Part shown: positions 8,666 to 18,584 of the stretch, one piece after another
Layout: every line of letters starts with the position of its first letter
Numbering within the stretch: position 1 is the first letter of the stretch
From: Nitrospirota bacterium
GTDB taxonomy: Bacteria; Nitrospirota; UBA9217
Length of the DNA: 64,000 nt
Direction: 5' to 3'
NCBI GenBank assembly: GCA_963840455.1
Contig: CAWIYV010000011.1
Coordinates: forward strand, 533,066-597,065
Made by a program: the position numbers and the translations under genes
Notes under the pieces: model-generated
What the model was told of the DNA's origin: nothing
Database searches by the model: none
What the model saw: the letters and a program-made list of their open reading frames with translations, nothing else

Positions 8666-10918
8666 ATGCCCAGGCTCACTTATAAGACACTCGTCTACGG
8701 CGCGGCAGGGGCTTTCGGCGGATCAGCCGCCTGGGCCTTTGTCCTGGCCTTGTCCCAGACCATGCGCAGCGGTCTCCTGACCGAGATAGCGCTCGGCTCG
8801 ATCGTGGGCATGTTCATCGGCGGGTTCGTCTGGAGCCACGAGGCCATTACCGGAAGGCAGTTCCGCACCGCGCTCGAGCGCGCGGCCTTCGGCGCTCTGG
8901 CCGGCATCCTGGGCGGAGGGCTCGGCGCGGGTCAAGGCAATACGGTCTTTTCCGCACTCGGACGATACGTAGCGAACCTGGGCGGGTTCCGCGCGTCCCT
9001 GGGCATTGCCCTCTCCGTGGCCCTGGGATGGGCGGTCCTGGGGGCCGCGATCGGCATCAGCGGCGGCTTAATGGTCCGCTCCCGCTCGCGCGCCTGGTAC
9101 GGCCTGGCCGGCGGATCCCTGGGAGGATTTCTCGGAGGCTTTCTGTTCAATGCCCTCTCGACAACGAACGTCTGGTCGGCCCTGGCAGGTCTTACCCTGC
9201 TCGGGCTTTCCATCGGCGCTTTCATCAGTCTCGTCGAGGAAGCCTTTGTCTCGGCAAAGGTGAAAGTGATCAAGGGACGGCACCTGGGCAGGGAGTTCCC
9301 GCTCCTCAAGGAACTGAGCGTCATCGGCCGCGATGACCGCTCAGATGTCTGTCTTTCCGGCGCCGAAGGCGTAGCGAACCAGCACGCAGGCATCCGGCGG
9401 AACAACGGCCATTTCATCATCGAGACCGACGAAGAGGGAAAACCCGTGTACGTGAACCAGAAGATGACGCGGAACAGCAGGCTCGCCGATGGCGATGTCA
9501 TCCGCGTGGGCAGCATCCTGCTCATGTTCTCGGCGGTCAGGAAAGCAGTGGCGATCGCAGCCGTGACCGTCATGCTGTGCCTCTCCGTGGTGGCAGGGAG
9601 TACGGCACTGGCGGCCGGACCCGCATCAGCCCAGATCACCCAGTTCGACCTGAGCGGTTTCCCGACAGTGAAGATGTATGTTTCCGTACTTGATGCGGAC
9701 GGCAACCCGGTCCGCGGCCTGAGCAAGGAAGCGGTGACGCTCAGCGAGAACGGACGCCCCGTCGCGGTGGACGCGATGCAGATGACCGGGACGAAAGTCA
9801 CGCGCGAGCCCTTGAGCCTTGCCATTGTGGTGGACCGGAGCGAGTCCATGACCGGCGAAAAAATCGAACACGCCAGGGAATCGGTCGACCGTTTTCTTTC
9901 GCTCATGCAGCAGGGAGACCGGGCAGCCCTCATCGCCTTCAGCGATTCCATCGTGAAGCTCGAATCACTGACTGACAACATCGGACTTCTCAGGCAGGCG
10001 ACGGCCGCCATCCGGCCCGGCGGGCACACTGCGCTCTACGATGCCGTGGTTGCCGGCGTGGCCTCGGTCCAGGGAGTACCGGGCAGGCGGGCAGTGATCG
10101 TCCTGACCGACGGGATCGCCAACCGCGGCTCCCTCGACATCGACCAGGCAATCGCCGCAGCTGCTAAAGAGTACGTCTCAGTCTCCGTCATCGGCCTGGG
10201 CAAGGACGTCCGGGCATCTCGGCTCGAGCGGATCGCCATAGAGACCGGGGGCTCCTACTTTTTTACGCCCTCCGCCGTCGGACTGATGGATATCTACGAT
10301 ACCATCGGCAACAGGATCCGGAACGAGTACGCCGTCACCTTCGTGACCGAAAAGCGGGCTGCATACCTCCGTAACCTTTGGCTCACCCTTGCTTCAGGCC
10401 AACATGCAACACGCTCCTATTTCCAGCCCCAGTCCTCGCTCTTCGGTGCCGGTAGCATGCTGCCCCCATGGGCCTTTGCCGTCCCTCTTGCGAGCATACT
10501 GGGGCTTGTGGCCGTCTCGCTCCGCAGGGTGGAGCGGTACTACGAGACCGGCCATCTGAGCCTCGTGCGCGGCACGGGCACGAAGAAGGACATCAATATC
10601 AATTCCCGTGTGACCATTGGAAGGGACGAGCGTAATACCCTCGGCCTCTTCAAGGACAGCGGCATCGACCAGCGGCACGCCGAGGTCGTCCGGGAGAGCG
10701 GCAAATATATTATCGAGGACAAGGGTTCTGCTGCCGGGACCTACGTGAACAAGACCCGCGTCGCGGGCAGGCAGGCGCTTCAGGACGGCGACGTCATCAC
10801 CATGGGCAACGCCACCATCATATTCAGCGAGGAGACCAGGCCGACCTGTCCTGACTGCGGCGGCGCCCTGAGGCCGAAGGCGAAGTTCTGCGCCAAGTGT
10901 GGAGCGAAACAGGCTTAG
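8666..10918 (+). CDS. large membrane protein with Gly-zipper TM segments, FHA, vWA, second FHA and a C-terminal double zinc ribbon
   Basis: GGAGG RBS before the ATG at 8666. Domain order read from the translation: a Gly/Ala-rich TM block, FHA-like (SVIGRDDRSDVCL...VANQHAGI...VIRVG), another TM segment, vWA MIDAS (LAIVVDRSESMTG...VIVLTDG), a further TM segment, a second FHA (VTIGRDERNTL...RHAEV...GTYVNKTRV), then CPDCGG...FCAKCGAK. Confidence 0.75.
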   Translation: MPRLTYKTLVYGAAGAFGGSAAWAFVLALSQTMRSGLLTEIALGSIVGMFIGGFVWSHEAITGRQFRTALERAAFGALAGILGGGLGAGQGNTVFSALGRYVANLGGFRASLGIALSVALGWAVLGAAIGISGGLMVRSRSRAWYGLAGGSLGGFLGGFLFNALSTTNVWSALAGLTLLGLSIGAFISLVEEAFVSAKVKVIKGRHLGREFPLLKELSVIGRDDRSDVCLSGAEGVANQHAGIRRNNGHFIIETDEEGKPVYVNQKMTRNSRLADGDVIRVGSILLMFSAVRKAVAIAAVTVMLCLSVVAGSTALAAGPASAQITQFDLSGFPTVKMYVSVLDADGNPVRGLSKEAVTLSENGRPVAVDAMQMTGTKVTREPLSLAIVVDRSESMTGEKIEHARESVDRFLSLMQQGDRAALIAFSDSIVKLESLTDNIGLLRQATAAIRPGGHTALYDAVVAGVASVQGVPGRRAVIVLTDGIANRGSLDIDQAIAAAAKEYVSVSVIGLGKDVRASRLERIAIETGGSYFFTPSAVGLMDIYDTIGNRIRNEYAVTFVTEKRAAYLRNLWLTLASGQHATRSYFQPQSSLFGAGSMLPPWAFAVPLASILGLVAVSLRRVERYYETGHLSLVRGTGTKKDININSRVTIGRDERNTLGLFKDSGIDQRHAEVVRESGKYIIEDKGSAAGTYVNKTRVAGRQALQDGDVITMGNATIIFSEETRPTCPDCGGALRPKAKFCAKCGAKQA

Positions 10919-10935
10919 GGTAGGACCGATAACCC

Positions 10936-10964
10936 TTGACACGGACAAGGGCGGATCTTACATA
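10936..10964 (+). promoter_or_regulatory. candidate sigma-70 promoter (TTGACA-17-TACATA) for the kinase gene
   Basis: TTGACAcggacaagggcggatctTACATA lies ~110 bp upstream of the kinase start. Confidence 0.3.
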
Positions 10965-11075
10965 TGAAGAAGCATGATCAAAACTTTGCCCTATCAGCTC
11001 TTTTTTCAGGGTTCTGATCGGCCTCGATCAGCATCAAAGATCTTCTTTAAAGTGGCTATGTACGGAGGTCATACT

Positions 11076-12260
11076 ATGAGCCGGCTGCTGAAAAATAGAT
11101 ACGAGATCATCGGCCTCCTCGGTACGGGCGGGATGGGCTCTGTCTACAAGGTCGCTGACCGGGACTGGAAAGGCAGGATCCTGGCTGCCAAGGAGCTCCG
11201 TTCCGACGGGCTTTCTCTGGTGAAGGCGCAGGAGGCCCTCACCCAGTTCCAGACCGAAGCAAGGATCCTGGCGCGGCTCACGCACCCGAACCTTCCCAAG
11301 GTCTACGACTACTTCAGCTTGCCGGGAAGGCATTACATCATCATGGAATACGTGAAGGGAAAGACGCTGGAAGCGTTGCTTCGCAGCCGCAAGGGGCAGC
11401 CCGTGGATGAACGACTGGCCCTGTCCTGGGCGCTCCAGATCTGCCGGGCCATGCAGTTCCTGAGCGTCCAGAAGCCGCCCGTCGTGTTCCGCGACCTCAA
11501 GCCCTCAAACATCATGATCGAACCGGACGGCAAGGTCAAGTTGATCGATTTCGGCATCGCCCGGTTCTTCAAGGAGGATAAGCGGGAGGACACTTATGTG
11601 TACGGCACGCCGGGGTATGCTGCGCCCGAGCAGTACGGCACAGGCCAGACCAATGTGCGCTCCGACATCTTCTCCCTTGGCGCCACGCTCCACCACTGCC
11701 TTACTGGAAGGGATCCCTCGGAAAGCCCTCTCGAGTTTCCTGATGCTCGGTCGCTGAACCCAAATTTGAACAAGGGAACCTCCCGGATCCTCACGAAGGC
11801 GCTCGACCTGGAGATGGGCAGGCGGTACAAAACACCCCTCGATATGAAACGGGCGCTCCAGAGCGTGCTCCGGAACATCGAGATATTGCCGCGGGGTGTT
11901 GACAACGTCATCCATGCCGAGCCGGGAAAGCCCATCACGTTGCCGTGGTGGAAGAAGACCAGTTGGGTGAGCGTGCCGGTGATGGCACTCGGATGCAGCG
12001 GTACAACGGGTACGCTGTCGTCCGATGACCGTTGGCTCCATCCCAGGCCCAAGGCCTTCAGCCACGGTTCGTCGCAGCTTCTGTTCCGCGTCGACGGGGC
12101 AAAGCTCAGGATGGGAAGGGAGTACCACCCGCGGATCACCGTGTGCACCGATGCCGGCATTCTCCGGCCGCAGTTGTCCTTCAAGCGGCCATGGCCATGG
12201 ATGCTGATCGAAGCGGCGATCATTGCGGCGGCTCTAGCAGGGTTGTTCATGATAAGGTAA
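11076..12260 (+). CDS. Hanks-type Ser/Thr protein kinase with a C-terminal TM anchor
   Basis: Motifs GLLGTGGMGSVYK, HPNLPKVYDYF, FRDLKPSNIMI, KLIDFGIAR and GTPGYAAPEQ. GGAGG RBS 7 nt before the ATG at 11076. Hydrophobic C-terminus. Confidence 0.85.
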   Translation: MSRLLKNRYEIIGLLGTGGMGSVYKVADRDWKGRILAAKELRSDGLSLVKAQEALTQFQTEARILARLTHPNLPKVYDYFSLPGRHYIIMEYVKGKTLEALLRSRKGQPVDERLALSWALQICRAMQFLSVQKPPVVFRDLKPSNIMIEPDGKVKLIDFGIARFFKEDKREDTYVYGTPGYAAPEQYGTGQTNVRSDIFSLGATLHHCLTGRDPSESPLEFPDARSLNPNLNKGTSRILTKALDLEMGRRYKTPLDMKRALQSVLRNIEILPRGVDNVIHAEPGKPITLPWWKKTSWVSVPVMALGCSGTTGTLSSDDRWLHPRPKAFSHGSSQLLFRVDGAKLRMGREYHPRITVCTDAGILRPQLSFKRPWPWMLIEAAIIAAALAGLFMIR

Positions 12261-12784
12261 GGAAAAGACTCACTGACGAGAAGATTCCGCTTGTTGCGCA
12301 AACCTTCTCGTATAGGGAACATCATCATTAGCACTATTTAACAGCCTGTTCGTGCTTCTCCTCCCATTGCGCCAAGCAACAGGGATAACAACTTCCCCCA
12401 TATATCCGAAAAGTTTTGCAGATTGCTGAAAGAGTCCAGGATTGTCATTGCGAGGAGCGATTTGTGCGACGAAGCAATCTCTAAGCACCTGATATGTTTA
12501 ACTGCAAGATTGCTTCGCTACGCTCGCAAAGACAGTAAATAAGTCTTTTTCAATGACCTGTTAAATCCGCACCATGATCTCCTGCACTGATCCTGTACGA
12601 TGACCTGTAATGACCTCCCAGAACCAATAAGCCCGCACTGAAGGGTATCTTCACCTCTCTAGATATAAATATACAATAAATACAATATGTTATATGCTTG
12701 TCTAGCAAAAAACAAATTAAACTTGACAAAACTATTAAAATTAGTTAAGCTATTTACCATAGAACTACAAAGGAGGGACCTGAT

Positions 12785-13507
12785 ATGAAAGATCGACTGA
12801 TCGCGCTATTTGCCGCCCTGTTTACTGCATTTATCGCCCTGATTCTTGGAGGGTCATTGCTCGGCTTCGCCTATGGAGATCCCGGCGCCATCGGTGGCGG
12901 ATATCCAGCAACGAATCAGCCCGTCATCAATGAAAAGACCGGCGAGCTGGGAACAGACATCTTCAGACTGGTCGGCGATGGCCAGGCCCCCGTACTTTCG
13001 GAGGATGGAACACAGATCGCCTACTACGACGACAACTATCAGATCTGGACAGTGCAGGTAAACGGCAGCGGGCGTACGAAGCTTACCTCAGGGTACTTCG
13101 ATCTGTACCCTTCCTGGTCGCCGGACGGAAAGAGGATCGCCTTTCGTCGCAGCACCATGATCGAAGGCAGCAGTCACAGCGACATCTGGATCATGAACAG
13201 TGATGGCTCCGATCAGATGCCGTTGACCGATGCCCTGAGTACGCAAGGGGCCTATGACCGACCTGCATGGTCGCCCGATGGAACGAAGATCGCCATGGAG
13301 GCTGCTGTCGACGGAATGATGAGCGAGATCTATATCATCGACGTCAACACGAAAGTGCTCTTTAACGTGACCGCCGGGAACAGCCGGGACAGCAATAGGA
13401 TCAACCACCAGTCCCCCTCATGGCTTGCGGATGGCGAGCAGATCGCTCTTATCCGGAACGATGACTTTGCCATCATAAGGACTGACGGCACGGGACTGAA
13501 ACAGTGA
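12785..13507 (+). CDS. TolB-like periplasmic beta-propeller (PD40/WD40-like repeat) protein with an N-terminal TM segment
   Basis: Repeated PSWSPDGKRIAF / PAWSPDGTKIA motifs. AAGGAGG RBS. Preceded by an AT-rich promoter island. Confidence 0.7.
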   Translation: MKDRLIALFAALFTAFIALILGGSLLGFAYGDPGAIGGGYPATNQPVINEKTGELGTDIFRLVGDGQAPVLSEDGTQIAYYDDNYQIWTVQVNGSGRTKLTSGYFDLYPSWSPDGKRIAFRRSTMIEGSSHSDIWIMNSDGSDQMPLTDALSTQGAYDRPAWSPDGTKIAMEAAVDGMMSEIYIIDVNTKVLFNVTAGNSRDSNRINHQSPSWLADGEQIALIRNDDFAIIRTDGTGLKQ

Positions 13508-13579
13508 ATCGGAGGGAAGAACGTCAGGCGCGCGGAACTGGCAGAGAATACCGTCCTAGGTATTATGGTGTAAATTCAC

Positions 13580-13621
13580 TAACCGTTATGATATAATGGC
13601 GTTACTTGAGTAACCGTTATG
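13580..13621 (+). promoter_or_regulatory. pilin promoter region: TATAAT box flanked by two TAACCGTTATG direct repeats
   Basis: Repeat copies at 13580-13590 and 13611-13621. TATAAT at 13592-13597. The second repeat ends 10 nt before the pilin ATG. Confidence 0.4.
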
Positions 13622-13631
13622 CGGTAAGATT

Positions 13632-13835
13632 ATGATGAAGAACATGAAGGGCTTTACGCTTATCGAACTCCTGATTGTGGTGGCCATCATCGCCGTTCTG
13701 GCGGCAGTTGCCATCCCGCAGTTCGCGTCATATCGTGTGAAGGCCTACAACGCAGCGGCCCAAACCGATCTCAGAAATTTCAAGGCTCAGATGGAATCCG
13801 TAATGGTTGAACGGATGGTCTATCCTACCTTTTAA
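13632..13835 (+). CDS. pilA: truncated type IVa major pilin (Geobacter PilA-N / e-pilin type)
   Basis: 67-aa product. Class III signal peptide ends in G, followed by FTLIELLIVVAIIAVLAAVAIPQFASYRVKAYNAAAQTDLRNF. Closely resembles the short Geobacter sulfurreducens PilA as remembered (not verified here). Confidence 0.8.
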   Translation: MMKNMKGFTLIELLIVVAIIAVLAAVAIPQFASYRVKAYNAAAQTDLRNFKAQMESVMVERMVYPTF

Positions 13836-14044
13836 CAAACCAAAACAACCTTAACGCGGACCTGGCCATTGCTGGTCATTGATGCTGGTTTAATCGTGGT
13901 GCTGTCGCGGTAATGCTGATGGTGAAGTAGAGCAGGTGGAGACACTGAGGGATTCACCTACAATCTGAAACGGTGACGGTCAATGGGAAATGCAGAATAT
14001 CAGTTGAAACATGCACATAACGAAAATCCAGCGGGGATATTGAT

Positions 14045-14076
14045 CCCCGCTGGATTGATTTGAGCAATAGGCTCCT
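14045..14076 (-). terminator. perfect 14-bp stem / 4-nt loop hairpin, likely terminator of the 14165..15283 gene
   Basis: AATCCAGCGGGGAT-attg-ATCCCCGCTGGATT. The minus-sense transcript would continue UUUUCGUU after the stem. Confidence 0.45.
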
Positions 14077-14164
14077 AAATGGTTGTCATTGTTTTATGGC
14101 ATCACAATTATTGCACTATGAAGTCTCGCTGCAATAACCTTATGCCCTGCTGCAACACTGCAGT

Positions 14165-15283
14165 TTAATCTTCGGTGTTCTTTTCCTTCTTGTGATCAAT
14201 CGGCTCTGTACACTCATATTCAACTTCTACCCTGGCTGCAAGGAAGTTGGTGCTTGCGCTATCATATCCGTACAGCTTGACCTCAATCCATGCGTCGTTG
14301 GCAAGAGTTCCCTTGACAACTGCCTTGCTGAAGTCAACAGTCATCGTTTTTCCCTTTTTGTAGGTGAGGGTTAAGGTATGGTTCGTTGTCGTATAATTTG
14401 AAACCAATCCCTCCACTTTCACAAAGATCTCGGATGCCTCGATAGTCTTGTTAGCATAATCGATGGTCGAGGTCGTAACCAGTGTTCTCAAGCCATCCTG
14501 CTGAGCACGTTGGAGAAGATCGTCAAGAGCCGGTTGCTGAGACGATGTGATGCCCGAATACAACACCGTGAACGAACGAGGATGCCTCGAAAGGGTGAAT
14601 GCATCGGTTGATGTGGTCAGATTCACGACGAGGCCGGTAATTGCCTCGTGACGGTAAAGGCGCTCGAACTCATTTCCGTGGATAGGCGACACTTTCATGG
14701 TTACAGAGCACGACGGGGTGCCGAAGTTATCGACATCAAAATCTTTCAGCCTGAAATCGAGCGCAACTTTGTTGTAGTGGTTTACCAGCACGTTGACTGC
14801 GCCGTTGATGTCCAGTGAGCAAGAGTCTCCGTTGCAATACAGCCTGTTCACATGGTTGGCTTCGTCCTTATAGGATGTGAAGGAGCAAGTCGACTTGGTC
14901 ACGGCACTGTCCATGAGTTCAACGGACTTGTCAAATTCGATATGCAGCCTGTTGTAAGGCACTGCAGGGCATTCGGCAATGCTCAAAAGCTGCAACACAT
15001 TAGATAGATTAGCAATGTCGATCTTCAGCGGCGTCGATGGCGTCGTCATTGTCGTCAATACGTCACAAGTTGCGGTGCTGCCTGTATTCAGGACGGTCAC
15101 CTTGTTGATGGTCACGATCACCTGCTTATAATCCGACATGTTATCGGTGGCGTAGAGAGCCACCGTGCCGGTCGAAGCTCCTCCCCCGCTGTTCCCGCCG
15201 CTGCAGGAGTTGAACACGGTGACCGCTATAATGAGCAGTACTGTTCCCGCAATGACACTGATAAATGCATTTCTTTTACTCAT
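14165..15283 (-). CDS. secreted hypothetical protein (signal peptide, Thr/Ser/Asn-rich)
   Basis: 372-aa ORF. N-terminal hydrophobic signal followed by CSGGNSGGG. No recognisable catalytic motif. Convergent with the pilin gene. Confidence 0.55.
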   Translation of the reverse strand: MSKRNAFISVIAGTVLLIIAVTVFNSCSGGNSGGGASTGTVALYATDNMSDYKQVIVTINKVTVLNTGSTATCDVLTTMTTPSTPLKIDIANLSNVLQLLSIAECPAVPYNRLHIEFDKSVELMDSAVTKSTCSFTSYKDEANHVNRLYCNGDSCSLDINGAVNVLVNHYNKVALDFRLKDFDVDNFGTPSCSVTMKVSPIHGNEFERLYRHEAITGLVVNLTTSTDAFTLSRHPRSFTVLYSGITSSQQPALDDLLQRAQQDGLRTLVTTSTIDYANKTIEASEIFVKVEGLVSNYTTTNHTLTLTYKKGKTMTVDFSKAVVKGTLANDAWIEVKLYGYDSASTNFLAARVEVEYECTEPIDHKKEKNTED

Positions 15284-15595
15284 GACGCACCTCCTCCTTT
15301 TCTCGTCAGATGTTACGGCAGCGTTTGCTTGGCATCTTCATGATGTGTAATTCTGCGGTAGTAATATAATATATTTTATTATACCACTGAAAATGGCGCC
15401 CTTGTGTAACGGCCCCGGTTTTCTTGGACACGGATCTGTGGTAAATCATATGTCCGAGTTGAAGTATTTCAGAAAAATGAGAAGACGGGTAATTGAGGGG
15501 ATGACGAATTACGACTAAATGAGACATTGAATATTACAAAGAATTGAAACAACAACAGTTACAGGAAGTTGCTCGCTCGTCGTCAGACGCTACTG

Positions 15596-16942
<1,347 letters not shown>

Positions 16943-17146
16943 ATCGACATTGTATCACAAGACAGGGGAAATGATGATACCGAAGAGATCGGCCGACCAT
17001 GCCCTCATTGAAGTTCCCTGAAGCAAGCTGCTAGGAATACCTCGCTCCTGGATTCAGGGGTACGACGCATGCTTTGACCTTGACCTTTCCCCGGGAGTGT
17101 CTTATCATATTTTCCATCTGACCTTGGAACGCGGAGGGAACGACCG

Positions 17147-17545
17147 ATGGGACCTGCGGCAGGAGACGACAAGACCCGGATAAGTACTCCATCAGTATCA
17201 AAACAGAAGATCCCGGCGCGGTACCAGGCTTCCGTAGTGATCGTGCAGGGATACGCCGAGGGCATGGAATATTCCGTCGACAGAACGTACGCCGTGATCG
17301 GCAGGAACAAGGACGCTGCGGTCCCGCTAAGGGACCCCCTCGCCTCGCGTGAGCACGCTGTCATCGTGTTCCATGACGGCGTTTTCGTCCTGAAGGACCT
17401 GGAGAGCACCAACGGCACGCACATGCGGGGCGCGTCCATCAGGCAGCGGAAACTGCGCCACGGCGACAAGTTCCGCGTGGGAGACACGGTCCTCCAGTTC
17501 ATCCTCCAGGACAGCGGCAGGGCCAGGACCTACGAGATCGCGTAG
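17147..17545 (+). CDS. FHA domain protein
   Basis: 132-aa product with YAVIGRNKDAAVPL...SREHAVI...STNGTHMRGASI...FRVG. Confidence 0.8.
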   Translation: MGPAAGDDKTRISTPSVSKQKIPARYQASVVIVQGYAEGMEYSVDRTYAVIGRNKDAAVPLRDPLASREHAVIVFHDGVFVLKDLESTNGTHMRGASIRQRKLRHGDKFRVGDTVLQFILQDSGRARTYEIA

Positions 17546-18307
17546 ATGAAGCTCATTACCTTCGGTGCGACCGACCCCGGAAGGAAGCGGGCCAACAACG
17601 AAGACGCCTATCTCCTTGATGACCGGCTGCGCCTGTACGCCGTTGCCGATGGGGTGGGCGGCGTCGAAGGCGGCGAGGTCGCGAGCCGGATCGCCGTGGA
17701 AACGCTAGGGGAGGCGATGCCGGACCTGCTCGGCGACAGGGACCGCACCCCGCCCGCCGGACGCTCTTCCGGCGAGGGGACGGAATTGACTGCGTTGCGC
17801 TCGGCGGTCTCCTTCGCCCACCGAACCATTCGCGCCGCAGTCGGGAAGGCGCCCGGTCTTGCCGACATGGGTACAACGCTCACGGCGCTACTGCTGGCGA
17901 ATAAACGAGCGTACCTGGTCCATATCGGGGACAGCCGGGCCTATCTCCTCCGTGCCGGCGAACTCACCCAAATAACGAACGACCACTCCGTCGTTGCGGA
18001 GCAGGTACGTGCGGGACGTCTCACGGCCGGAGAAGCGAAGACCAGCCCCTACCGCCACGTGATCACCCGGGCGCTCGGCATCGCCGAGGATGCCGCCCCC
18101 GACCTTGCGGAGCGGCCGATACAGAAGAACGACACGTTCCTGCTGTGCTCCGACGGCCTGACCGAGATGGTGGATGACGCCGGTATCAGGACGATCCTCT
18201 CCGGATTCCCTACCCGGGATGCAGTGAAAAAGCTGATCGACGCGGCGAACGGCAGGGGCGGCGTGGACAATATCACCGCTGTCGTGGTGCAGGTGCTGGA
18301 GATCTAG
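17546..18307 (+). CDS. PP2C-family Ser/Thr protein phosphatase
   Basis: YAVADGVGGVEGGEVAS, GTTL, CSDGL and GGVDNITAVVV. Start abuts the FHA gene stop. Confidence 0.85.
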   Translation: MKLITFGATDPGRKRANNEDAYLLDDRLRLYAVADGVGGVEGGEVASRIAVETLGEAMPDLLGDRDRTPPAGRSSGEGTELTALRSAVSFAHRTIRAAVGKAPGLADMGTTLTALLLANKRAYLVHIGDSRAYLLRAGELTQITNDHSVVAEQVRAGRLTAGEAKTSPYRHVITRALGIAEDAAPDLAERPIQKNDTFLLCSDGLTEMVDDAGIRTILSGFPTRDAVKKLIDAANGRGGVDNITAVVVQVLEI

Positions 18308-18584
18308 CTGCACAGAACAACGCCTCGTGGAAGCACGGGTCCCGGCACCGTTGGGATGCACAGATCAGAGAAGAGCTCTACATACGTTGACCACGGAGGC
18401 CACCGAGGACCCAGAGGAACGCGAAACACCTCTCGTCCGGGCTTTTTTCGGTGAGCTCTGTTATCTCAGCGGAAAAGATTCGCTTTTGTATCAAGGAATC
18501 ATCGTTCTTATTCGTGTTCCCGCGCACCTGCGGGACCGTGGTTAAGAGGCAGTGGTCCGGGCATCTCCCGATCAGGATGGCAGT

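Noticed and set aside
13500-13631. Sigma-54 promoter upstream of the pilin gene (expected by analogy with Geobacter pilA)
   Set aside because: The only TGGCA-containing site (AACTGGCAGAGAATACCGTC) lacks a GC at the -12 position with correct spacing. A consensus TATAAT with flanking direct repeats is present instead.
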